This document shows positions 38,101-50,774 of a stretch of 64,000 nt of DNA, piece after piece (positions within the stretch are counted from its first letter, which is position 1; each line of letters opens with the position of its first letter). The DNA lies in assembly GCA_040954595.2 (NCBI GenBank), contig CM082576.2, forward strand, positions 7,505,129 to 7,569,128, in the 5' to 3' direction. Both the position numbers and the translations under genes were made by a program. The notes beneath the pieces were generated by a model. It saw nothing but the letters and a program-made list of their open reading frames with translations. It ran no database searches and had not been told where the DNA came from. This DNA comes from Balanoglossus misakiensis. Its lineage: Eukaryota > Animalia > Hemichordata.

Positions 38101-40950
38101 GCACTGCTGATGATGTCTACACCCCACCCCCGCCAGTGACGGTTAAAACCACTCCCCCGCCCAGCTTACCCCCGGTGGTCATCAACGAAGTCAACCCGGA
38201 CAACCCAAGCTACGACACCAGGGAGTTCATCGAACTCTACGGACCAGCGGGAACGGATCTCAGCAACCTGGTAGTGGTCTTGTACAACGGCAACTTGGAC
38301 CCTCCGACCTCTTACTACGCAGTTGGACTCGAAGGGCAGCAGCTAGATACTTTCGGCTTCCTGGTGATCGGCTCCGTCAACATGAGCCCCCCTCCGGACG
38401 TCTCGCTGCCGGATCAGGACTCCGGAATTATCCAGAACGGAGCTGATGCAGTTGCTCTGTACATGGCCACAGTGAAGGACTTCCCCAATGGTACTCCAGT
38501 CACCGACAAGAATCTGATAGATGCACTGGTTTATACAAACGACAGAACCAAAACGAGTCAGGCACTCTTGGATGTGTTGACACCAAACTATGACATATTT
38601 GTTGAAGATGACAGGTATGTGGATGTTCATTATTTCATTTTGTGTCTCATATTGCCCCTGATGGTTTAGTGATCATTTTACATTTTAATTTATTCTTTAG
38701 GGCAAATGGGAATAACTTGGCATAAAATTTACAGCTAGGACTTATCCATTTCATATTAATGATCATGATTGATATGCAGCCAATAATAGCGGTAGATGAA
38801 ACCCATAATTCAAACAAAAAGGGATAGGACAACACCTTACCCCGTTGTACATAAAATAGCCATAGAAATGTGCATATTCCTAACTTTGTGCTGCTACATG
38901 CATCATGTTTCTTCTCCATAGTGTACGATGTCCTCAGGACACTTACGGTTGTCAACAGGTGACATTCTATTCCAGAGTAGGTCTATTAGTATTAACTCAC
39001 TTTAAAACTGAGTCAATTATCTCACTGACTTTTAGTCTAGTACCTGGCCCTACATACGCCTTGGCATTAGACTAACTGACTCTCAACAGTAATATAATTA
39101 TTCATGACCTTTAAAAATACTGTAAGGATGACACAATATACTGTACATGTGCACTTAAGTCAATTTAGAGTCTTCTATGAAGTGGAAATGTCTGTAAATT
39201 TAGTGATAATTCCAGGGCTGGGTGTGTACTCATCACGCCCCTTGTTTTCACCCCACAGCTGGCACGGCACACAGGACGAATCCATCAGCAGATGCAGTTG
39301 CTGTGACAACAGGACCCCGGGGGTGTACGCCCTCTCCTTCCCCAGTCCCGGAACGCAGAACAACTGCCCGAGCGAGGATTACGCTCGGGACATCCAGATG
39401 AGACTCGTAGACGCTGACTGCGAGACGTGGCTGGCTGATGACAGGTACATGAATGCGTTGATCGATGAGATCGTTGCTGGCGTAGAGGAAGGATGCCAGT
39501 GTGGGTTTACTCCGGTCTACTTGCAAGGTGAGCTCATATCAATATGCGTCTTGTTTTGGTTGACATGTGTGATGATAGATGATAATTTCTGCTAACATTA
39601 TGAAGATTATACCCCAAAAACAGGTATCAATATAATTGTCTCCTTTGTAATTCACATGTATTGTTCAACCAACAGTATTTTTTCTAGAAGAATAGGTAAT
39701 TTACATAACAATTATCTTTTAATATTGCCATTGGGATTATTGATGATTGCTTTATATCAGACCAATAGTAATCTTGCAGGTGAAAGTCCCATATGACTGG
39801 GACGGGTAAATTGAATTTGGTATCAAATTTGGTAAGCCCTTATCAATTATCCTTGCATTGTTCCCATCCTCACTGTTCCTTCTTTCCTGGGAAGGTAGGA
39901 ATATGGAAAGGGAAAGTGACAGGGACTTGTCTGATTTTTCGGTTGTTGTGCAATCAGTGAAGTGTGTGTGAGGAATGAGAAGGACTGACAATTCTGTGTT
40001 GCTTCTGTTTTTAAGACTCCAAGGTGTTCTGTGGCAGTGTGGTGTACCAAGCCACCATGCTTGCCATGAACGAGGAACAGCGGGCGTACCTAGTCAACAA
40101 CTACACACGGTACATCACTGAGACAGAGGAAGTTGAGATACTGGGTGAAAGGTACGCAGTGGACAACCAGTGTGTTTGGGACTGTGTGCCTGATCCTGAG
40201 GCTGTATCTCAAGGTAAATAAAATCAATGTTGGTTATTGCACTTGTGGAAATACATTCAGTCATGAGTATTAAAGTCAGGAAAAATATCGAGATATTGTA
40301 CCGCAGTGAGAACAATTTTGCTCAGACAGGCACAAACTGGTTTCATATTTTTTTTTCCTGTCTCAGGTTTGTCTGGTGGGGCCATCGCAGGTATTGTGAT
40401 AGGTGTACTGGTGGCTGTGGTCCTGGTGCTAGCCATTGCGGTCTTTGTCATCAAGAGAAGGAAAGATGGGTCAGTTTGAGTTCATTTGAATAGGACACTT
40501 CTGTGAGACCTGAGTGACCTTCGTTCCGTCCTGGTGTTTTGTTGGTATGACATCAGACATTGAACAGCTTATTTCTCTCAAGAGTGATGGATACCCCATG
40601 AGAAAGCAATGCTTTGTGTGCATTTCTAAGCTCTGCTACCTGATGGATTTGCTGTTGAGTTGCATGTAGTTGTATGATCCTCGGGGGGTTTGAGTGAATC
40701 TAATATAAAGTCCACAGACCGTCGAGGATAATAAAACATCCTGGTAATTGCGGAGGGCCGTGACCTTGACTATTCATTCTTTTGTGCGCCATTAAGGAAG
40801 AATATTATCTTTATTTTCAGCTATGACAGGTATGCGTTTGACGACGGCTTCAAGATATCCAATGCCTGTGAGCTGGACAGCATAGCAGGAGGTGGAAACA
40901 TGCAAAGCTTTGACAATCCAGCCTATGAGTTTGGCAACTCCAAGTACTAG
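26170..40950 (+). CDS. ~3,291-aa type I transmembrane protein with 16 tandem lamin-tail-like (LTD) domains, a Cys-containing juxtamembrane domain, one TM helix and an FDNPAY-containing tail
   Basis: 18 phase-consistent coding exons totalling 9,876 nt: 26170-31658, 31950-32100, 32421-32577, 32797-33011, 33332-33866, 34001-34138, 34502-34677, 34930-35287, 35438-35629, 35832-35990, 36364-36535, 36662-37011, 37356-37563, 37739-38614, 39259-39527, 40016-40213, 40367-40469, 40821-40950. The protein has a signal peptide and 16 repeats of the pattern [VI]INE.N.D.PG.D..EFIELY...QNG.DAVALY...DA.VY...SRC...TPG..N.C. The TM is AIAGIVIGVLVAVVLVLAIAVFVI followed by KRRK. The tail ends QSFDNPAYEFGNSKY*. A probable 5'UTR exon ends at 23828 (GTAAGT), and the acceptor is at 26162. 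Confidence 0.9.
26263..29683 (+). repeat. Intragenic tandem triplication of a ~1.15-kb two-domain unit
   Basis: The unit starts (GTGCTCCTCAATGAACTC) at 26263, 27418 and 28570, giving periods of 1155 and 1152 bp. The DNA and protein are near-identical across the three copies. Confidence 0.95.
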
Positions 40951-43900
40951 AATGTTGTTATGGTGTGAAGACAATCCTGCAATCAAATATATGAGAGCTC
41001 AAGCTGCCATGGATACACTGTTCCTTCTGGGATTCTTGTCTCCGTAGGTGAAACCCAGAATATGAATGAACTCTGTGGTACAAAAACATCCATGTGGGTA
41101 AATGATTATTAAAAAAAAATAATGCTACCTCATCAATCTTTCAGACCCCCCTCCAGGATATCCAATGGTCCAACCCTTTGGAAAAAAAATATCAGGGTGG
41201 GGCATAAGTGTTCTCAATGCTGAATATAAGAATAAGTAAAATTACAAATGTGTTATAATCCCATATCTCAGCATTCTACACAGGTGATCTTTCATATTCA
41301 GATTGAGTCAGGGGTTCCTCTTCAAATTACCCAAAATCGAATGCTTGAGATTAGAGCGAAGATTCAATTAAATCACAGAGCACAGGAGCGGAAAGTAGAG
41401 ATTATATCTCTGGATTATGTTAATCTGTAGAAGTATGGCAGACCCTAGCGTAGTCTTACCTCGATAAAGTCATATGGTTACTTGATATCAGGGTAGCTCC
41501 CATTGTTGTCTAACACCCACTTTCTCAAACATTAACACTCACTTTCACGAAATCATGCAGTTGATGAGTAATTGCACTTTTCATGCTGGACCTCAACAAC
41601 TGCAACTTCAAGATCTATTGTTTCTTAGATTGTATATGTTTCGAACAACAATGGATTAGTGTGCAAAAATTTACAGAGAAAGTTTAACCTCAATACTGAA
41701 CAAGTTAACTTTCACATTCACCTCCACATATCGAACTTTGCAGGGAACACATTCATCACAATGTCTTCCTTGTCACACAAGATGATAAAGTTAATTAATG
41801 TTAGTTAGCAGTTTCATGAAAGCCGTCCATATGTCATGGCAGATCTTGATGAGCCCATCCATCATAAAATTCCACAGAGAAAGAAGTGAACCACAATGAT
41901 ACACATCATAACATTGCATAATTTACTTGGCAGGCATCCCTGGGTTAATTACTATGGTATATTTGTATTAATTGCAAGATGCAATTGCATATGTATTGTT
42001 CCAGGTAACCATGCAAACCATCCTCAAGCCTTGTGATTGACAACATTTCCGTTATGTCATTATGTGACATGTACTGGGCTTTGTTCATTGAATAATAGCA
42101 ATTCATAATATGCAATATCTTTCTTTCAATGCACGAAAAAGTAATCAATCCTCCCAAACTGTCAGGGAATCAGTTTATTTTCTCAGGTCAATATACAACA
42201 GCATTATGGGAGGGGGGGGGGGATAATGGCATAAGCATGTACTATAACATTGGAGTAAACTTAACAGAAATAACCACTGGTTACTAGGAGTAAATTGTAA
42301 AACAATTGAATTGATCCATGTTTTTATGTATCTGAACATGTTATTGTCGTTGTTATTTTAGTTAACATTTTAAAGCCAAATTTTTTAATAATTATTTTGA
42401 ATGATTGCACATACCTCTACAATCATGCATTTTTGTACCAGTAAGTTAATCTTTGTAGCTAGCTGTATGTGGGTTTTTTTTTTTAAATCCTGTTTTGTAA
42501 TTGCAAAATTGGTTTGCAGAGTATGGTAATATACCGGTATATAAGGTGCAATATTGATGTAATTTCAGGTGTAATTTCAGTACTATTTAACTAATAGAGT
42601 CTTCTAATATTTTTTACAACTGTAGCAACAATACACAAGATGATAAAGTTTTTACTCTGCGACCTACTGGCCTCTTTTTCACGTCATCTCGGAAGGGCGC
42701 CCTCTTTACAAAAAAAAGTGTATTCTCAGGGGTAAAAGGTTCTTTACATTAATTTTCTCAGCAGAAAAATAATGCATTAAACTTTTTCTTAAGAATTAGC
42801 ATACTTCAAACCTCCATTCCCATGGCATGCCTACCAGAAATGTGTAGTTCCTTACAAACACCCGTGCCCTCTTCCTTCCTGCATTTAACACAAACAGCAA
42901 AATAAAATCAGATGATATCAAGTTCTCAGATCCTGTGAATTCTTGTATCCTGTGGAAATAACTGAAACTGTTGAAGCTTGGTTCCTGGACTTTCTTATCT
43001 GAACGGAATTTATGTGATTTCAAAATTTTGTTAATATGTTCCATGATTCATGTAGGACATATCACATTATTTCATTAAATGAAAGTAAACTGATCGATTG
43101 AATGGTGCTCATTATTTTATTACAGAACACTTTTAGCGTATTATAAGTATATGTTGCTAGACAGTATTAATGGGAATGCAAATTACCTCAAATCCTGATA
43201 TGTTTGAAGTTCTGATGTGCAGTTTTCATACCTGTCATATTTGAGTTTTCGCCTTTTCCTTCCAAAAATACCATACTGCTATCAGAATCATTGTATCAGA
43301 ATAACCTACACAGTGTATACATTATTAATGTATAATAAGATTATATTGACTATAAATCTTTTTTTGATCAAGTGAATTTTACATACAGTACTATTTATAA
43401 TGTATTAGAGAAACTGCTTTAACAGTGCAATTTGAAATAAAATTTGATAATTTTACACTGCAGTGTACTGTGTGTTATGTTGGAACACTGCGGTATGGAA
43501 TATGCAGTATTTTGAGCCGGTTGACACTAAGGGGTGTGTCATTAAAAGTTTGTTTTGCAGTTGTTGCTTGGGTTTGTTCGAAAGTTTTGTTATACAAAAG
43601 CAAAGCAAAGAAGAAGACGAAGCAAATGAAATAAAGCATTTATAACACTGGCTTTTTTCAATTTATTTTATTCTATTTAAAAAAAATCTGTAATACATAA
43701 TAATTTATTTGATAACAATTCTTCTGGCAACAATGCTTCTATAACTGTGTAAACATGATCGGGGGCGGGGGAAACGTCATGCAATCCGCCCCTGAAATTG
43801 ACTTCCTTCTCAATGATACAAGTAATTAATCTTGAAAAAAATTGAACAAAACTGAACGCATGATAGTTGTACCACGAGTCGAGTCAGCTTCCGGGATCCA

Positions 43901-45302
43901 AGACTATTTTCGGGTAGGGGGTGTTGAGTAGGTGTATGCGTCCGGTTTTGATGTACGTCATCGACACGGTTTATCAACACCGGACTTGTTTTTATCGCTA
44001 TTTGCATTTAACTGTGACAAGTCACCTGTGGAGTCACCTGGTCGCAATCATCTGAGCAGACCAGGTGTTATTATCATAATTTATGTTGATTGAACTGCTC
44101 ATGCGCATTGCGATCATACGTTATTGTTACCGACAGCGGAGCGTTAGCTTGCTAACGGGATACCATCGTGGACTGATTTTATTTCGTTTTCTGCCGGTGG
44201 AACAAGATTTTCGGAATTCCGTCACCTCAGCGGACACTCGCACGCAAGGCAATTACTTGACACCTATCCTGTGACAAAAGACTGGGAGGCGTTGCCCTTT
44301 TACCGCGTAACAGTAACAAGTTTGATCGGCGTGCTGAGCAAGCCGAGTCGATACATATAACACACGGCTCCGTTCCAAGGCTATCATACACTCTTGATCA
44401 ACCAAATATTTAAAGAAATTCGTCCAAATCTGTTATTTTATACTTTTATTTAACGAACTCTCCGAAGGATCGAATTTTAGGAAACCCCGGTGGTAAGTAG
44501 TAAATATTTTTATTCGGTAGTATGTGAAAAATAAAACCATTTCCTGTCTCAAGTGCGTCTACATTTACGGGTTCTCTGCCCTCAGTGTGTGTCGGTTGCA
44601 TAGTCGGATACCGGTAGTCGCACGCGATGTGAGTCACCCTTACAAGGTTTCCCTCCATTCACACAGCTAGCAGCTTTCGATCGCGGCTAGTGTATCACAC
44701 TGTTCTGTCAGAATTGTAGCGTGATCGGACAAAGTTGAACCAGCCAAGAAATCATAATGGCGCGCGAGGTGCACGTACCGAGTGGTACTGGAATAGAGGC
44801 GGTGGATAAATGCTACATCACCGATCGGTGCAGGTAAGGGTGGGTTTAAAATCATATCTGATGATGTCATGCTACTGGTAATGGCTGTTATGGCCGAACT
44901 GGACTGAGTCAGTGGTAAATAGGTGCGTCCCAGACGCTGGACGGGACTATACACTACAGTGTTCGATCACGTCCTCCTTCACAACTGCGGGCAAGATGGA
45001 AACTCCCTGAGGAGGAAGATGCTGAGGACAGTCCATCTCTGACCGGACTACTACATCCTATGACTTCTTCATGAACTTCAACGCTTCACCTAGACGTAAT
45101 CAGGTGTTTCAACCCAACAGACAGAACGCCATAGGCGTGTCTGTGTGCTCTTGTTTGAACTCGTCGCTGAGTCACCACCAGTCTTCGATACATATTTAAT
45201 TCTGTGAACCCATCTATAGCACATAATTTGATTTTGTGTTTTCAGCTGGCCATCTGTTCCTAAGACGACCCTACCCCCTCCCGTTTTCTGGTTCTGATTT
45301 AA

Positions 45303-45394
45303 CCCTTTCACCCCCATGATTTCCCTATAGAGGTCCAACTTCACCATTGAAAATAATGGATTTGGACCGGGACCAAACCATGGCGGTGGAAGGG
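45303..45394. mobile_element. Tiny non-autonomous TIR element (MITE-like, piggyBac-like ends)
   Basis: The sequence is TTAA|CCCTTTCACCCCC ... GGCGGTGGAAGGG|TAAA, with imperfect terminal inverted repeats and a TTAA-like flank. A related decayed copy lies at 55201-55283. Confidence 0.55.
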
Positions 45395-48300
45395 TAAATA
45401 CAACGATCCATAGAATGTGTCAGGATTTGGGGCTGAGAATTATAGGAACTGTGGTTCAAGTTCTTTATATCCGATTTCACAGTTTCATATGACTGGCTGA
45501 TATTATGGCAGGAATTGGTTTCTATTTATACGGTGTGACCTCTGTCTTGTGATATGATACCCCTGCATTACATGTACATGTAAAATTGTCTTGAGGCGTG
45601 ACATCCCAATGATGTCTGTGGTACATCCATGGGTATCTCTTTACATGTTTGCAGCATAAGAAATTATCAATGTCTATATTTAGATTTTTTTTTTTTTTTT
45701 TTTTGGGGGGGGGGGGGTCGTGGATATCATGATCCAGGTAGTTGATTGGGGCCGATGGGAGGCCAATGTGGTATCATGTACATTGTAATTGTGACATTTA
45801 GTTGGAGTTCCAATTTTCATTCTTCATCAAACATTCTTCTTGAAACGTCTAATTTCATGCACAGATACATACACAAATATCTGAAACATGTCAATGTTGT
45901 GTCTGTAGGTCATTTGAAAACAGCAGTGCACATAAACATGTCACACATCCACAGAACTGAATTTATGATGTAGGGCTTCATGAACTTCAGGCTGGTGGTG
46001 TACAATGTATTTATTTACACTCTGTGTCTCTCAGTCTCAGACATATGTCTCTCATTTACAGACAGAGACTGTATGAATCTTGGCTAAATGCATGTACATA
46101 CATATATGGCGATAGTGCTATGGCATAAGAACATTAACTAAATTTAGCCATGAAATATATATTTTTTTATGATCTCATTACATTTTGTATCCAGCCAAAC
46201 TGAGATGTTGTCTGAAAACTGAAACAGTTTTAAATACGTGTATACACGTCCATGTCATGTATTGTATTGCTGTGACCTGACATAAACAGATTGTGGAATG
46301 TCTAGGTCACCTCAAAACAATAGGGTTCTTGTTAGTGCCAGAGTAATGCGCCATTAATCAATTTTACATGTAACTCATTAATATCCCCATTCATTTGAAC
46401 CATCAGATTCAGAGGAATGTTGTTGTTATAATGTGTCTTCCTGAAGGTGGCAGCATACCTTGACAATGTTCAAACACATTTGTCAGTGCGCAGTTATGTG
46501 TGCAATGATATGATATTCCAGATAACTTAATAAAGTTGACAGTAATAGATGTAAAAGTAAGTGCATCATAACAAAGAATGTGTTCACAATGCTTAATGTG
46601 TGTTCTGACCTGCTGGGAACATCATTGAAGAGATCTTGTGAGTAGCCTTGGCTGTGTCACGTTGAGTTAGTTTGACAGTATAATTAACCTACCTAAAACA
46701 CTGTCCCACGATTTACTGAGGTGTCTGATTTTATTGCTTGTGTGAAAGCAACTGGAAAATGTGTTTTGGATGGACAGGTTTTCAGATTATACAGAGCATT
46801 GTACATGTAACTACAGAGGAAATGACCCGGTAGTGTCATTTTTTCGTATATTGGACAGCCTTCTACCTCCATTACTGGTACAATGTAAAAATGAAGCAAA
46901 ATATTATAATTTTCTACTGGTTTTAATTTTATTTTTACAGACTTTACAAAGTTATTTGTGACATCTAAAACTTGTGGCAGTTAAATCACGACACATGTGC
47001 TGTTCATGTCTCTTGTCGAGTGATTCAAGAGGTCAGTGTGCTACATGTAGAGTGCCACTCATTTGCCAGTGAGATTAATTCTTCCCCTAGACCCGCAGAG
47101 ATGGAAACAGTGCTTTGCACGAAAATGTCAGCTGTCTGCAGCTGTTCGACTGCTAAAGATTATAACTTAATAAATGTGCATTGAGATGACACATGTAGTG
47201 GTATGTTTTATTTCAATGGTTGCACAAATGAAATGTCGAATGAAATGTACACATACCAAAGAAATTTCTGGGGTTACATGTAGACTTGGTTGCCTTGTGT
47301 TTGATGTGCCCCCAAAACAACCCCCACATCCACCCCACCCACCCCTAGTCACTGCCTAATGCAGTAGTCGGATTCTTGTGTATATATGTCAAATGTTATC
47401 TGCAGACGAGCAGGCCACGCAACCGAATCCTTCCTTCCAGCGTTTACATCCACTGTGGTCCCAAAATAGAAATGGGGAGCAAATTCTGATAACATTCAAG
47501 GCCACCCATTCTTCCTGACCCGTGCGAGTGTGTGTTATTTGTGAAAATCGTTCGATTTGTGCTACTGTTTGAGGTCTCATATCAGCCCCAGTCTTTGATA
47601 TCAAAATTTTGTTTTTGGATTTTTTTTGCTGCTTGTCTTATATAAAGAGGACTATCAGCTCAGTTCCTAAGCATAGCAGTTCATGGCAAAAGCCTGCACT
47701 ACTGTCATAATTTTGAAATGCACAAGGTGATGTCTTAAAACCTTCTCCACTCTTTGTCGTAGGATGTTGTGGGAAGTTTAAGTGGGATGTGTTTGTCAGA
47801 CACTGAGCTTTCAAAACAGTATTGTCAAGTAAATGTTCTGGGGGACAAAAAGAATTTCACGGTTGACCTCTGTTAAACTCAGAAGGCCACAGGAAAATAG
47901 AATGACCTTTAACCTTAGGGTCACAGGAAGAAGGCAGCAATGACATAGGGCCACACTGTATGAAGACTTTAATATAAATTAATGCAGGGGGTGTCGACAG
48001 TGGCCTTTCGTGATTTCACCCACATATTCACTGAACCAGTAAGGTACGTAATTTCACACTGTGTACATGAAACAACCCTTAACTCTCAGAGATTCTGCAA
48101 ATACAGCATCTATGTGTTGTGACAAATATTCAGGGGATTGGATTGGACCAAGCTGATTTTTTTTCCTTGAGCGGACAGGATTCCATTTCAAGGTTTTCTA
48201 AGTTATAACTATCTATTCATGAGAAGGGTACAGCAGGCATCATGTTTCTGTAATATCTTCCCTTTTTACCCGGCAGCTGGAGAAAGCCGAACTGCTGGGT

Positions 48301-50760
48301 AAAAAAACTGCATGTCCAGAATTCATTGTACAAAATGTTATGCAGGAGGAGTGACATCATAATTCATAATTTATTTAACATGATTGTAATCATCGATAAA
48401 TATTTTAGACATCCATTAATATTTCAGAGTATACATGTATGCACATTGGAAACCTGATAACTTGAAGGTTGATGTTTTAAATCCTTAACATAACCTCATG
48501 GCTTCATCACTCCGAAATTGGACAGGAGAGATGTGCGGAAATGACAAAAGAAGTTATTTGTGTATTAAAACATGGCCACTCTTTATGGAGTGACCATGGT
48601 TCATTGGATCTGTCTGTTTTGTGCAGTTAGTGTCCTTGATGCTGGCAGATACACCAGTTGTCATTTGTATTGCCCTGAAAAAATAGATGCCATTAAAATA
48701 ATTGGTTGTTTATGCCCGTACTGAATATTATAAGCTACATCCATGTACAATCGTTCTGTGCTTACCAGGGTCGGTATTGTCTGCACTATTTCTGGTATTT
48801 GCTTTTTAATCAGAAATATTGGCCTGAAAGCTTTCCGGTGATCGTGGAGGATCATCGTGATGGTTGAATCAATTACCATTTGTGAATCGGATGCTGGAAA
48901 TGCCAGAGACCCACATGGTGCAGCTGCTTAAAAAGGAATGGCTTCTTTATTGAAATTATCACCGCCGGGCCCAGAAATAATGAATTTATGTATTTATGTG
49001 TATAGTGTGTTTGGATTAACTGTGGTCTGTGGTGCAGCTGTAGACCAGGTTTCATGCCATCGCTGTGTGTGAACGGTGATCATGGGAAACCTGCGTGATC
49101 ACAGTGGATTGTGGGTACTGTCCCGCGTACATTGGATTGTTAAATCCCCACCCTCTAGTACTACTCATGTAGTCTCACATCCGCAACAGCCATGCATCAC
49201 CAAAAATGATGAATTGCAATGTGACATGCGTTTACGGAGCGGAAAAAAACACAGTGAGTGTACATTGCAGTTGAGCCATGACAAAAAAGATGAAAAAGCC
49301 CCTTTACTAATTTCCCCAAACCTCTTCTGTTTTTAGTTAAAAGAGTAAATTATACCAGTGCAGTTATGTAGTCTCAATTTCATAAACTCCGTGGAGTCGG
49401 TAATCAGCTCTGTGTCGACAACATGTCTGTGTGGTGGATATCTCGATTGCGAACATGAAAACCTGATCGCATTGCAGCGGCCAAGCAATTTGTGTTTATG
49501 ACGTGAATCGTAATCCAGACGAATGCTATACATCATAACATGATACGTCTCGTTGTATTACTAACTGTGTTTAACCACATTGTACCACTTTCCCTGTTTT
49601 GTGAGGTTTTTTAGTCGTCTTTTATTTCCACTCCCAGTGAACGCAATCCTGTGCGTTGATATGCAACAGTGCATCCCTTCTGGCTTGCTAGTACCTCCAA
49701 CAAATTTGGCCATCTTTGGACAAGTTTATCAGACAATTATCATCACTGTTTAGTTACTGTCACCTTTAGTTGAACTCTGGCATGTTGGTGGTGCAGTCAT
49801 ATTGACATTGTGTTATCAATTCTCATTTCCTTATTTTTGTCAAAATTCACTGTTATACACATATCTGATTTTACAACAGACTTCCTTGGATGCGCAAATA
49901 TGAGCGGACAGAAGTCCCACCAGGACTTCTCCAAACTAGAACTGAAAAAAGAAATGGTAAATTAGCTACATTGTAAACTGTGAGACCCAGTGTTTTCTGT
50001 ACGAAAAGTTTATATGCTGTGCATGCAGACAAGAAAACGTAATGAAATTGAAACAAATTGTGTAAGATACTGGAATTTATGAAAAATGACTGTAAATAGG
50101 ATGTATCTGTCTGATAGGCTACCGGTAGCTCGATAACACATTTGTAGTTTAGGCTAAAAGTAAAACCACCTCCTTTCAAGATGTGCTTGTAAGTGAAGGA
50201 ATTTTGTTTGTTTTGGGGGGATTTTTACAGATGCAACAAGTTTTCTAATTAATTCTCCACATTTAGGGCAAACGATATACAAACAGAAGTTGACAGAGAA
50301 AAATGCACAAGCCTTAATATGCTAATTAGCAAGTTAGTATGAACCCTGACCCCCTAGTGAACTATGGTACATGTATATGACATCGTATGAAAGAATCACA
50401 CTTTGTCACAGATATTTTAATGTGATGATGTGATTTCTGTCCCTTTGAACCCACAGATTCCTGTCTCAAACCCTCTCTGTTATAGTGCTTGGGACATGCA
50501 GTACATAATGACTTCCTGCAGTGTTAATACAAAGTCTGTGAAATCTCGTTTGTGTGTAATTTCTGCTCGAGGCCCACTCGAGCACGCCATGTACTGTAAA
50601 GTTACTGGGCTGCAGCTAATCTTCTCCGAGAGAAACACGTCCAGGTACGTGCATGATGATACAAGCAGATTGAGTGGGTTTTCTCTACAGTCGGACAATG
50701 TGAAGTCATGCGTATACCATGCTTGGTTAACATTCAATATATGCATAGCATCGAACACGC

Positions 50761-50774
50761 GTTGCCATGGAAAC
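50761..50774. promoter_or_regulatory. RFX X-box motif
   Basis: GTTGCCATGGAAAC matches the RFX consensus GTTGCCATGG(C/A)AAC. Confidence 0.45.

Noticed and set aside
26353-39526. Antisense and alternate-frame ORFs inside the receptor gene
   Set aside because: They are shadows of the main coding frame and repeat along with the duplicated units.
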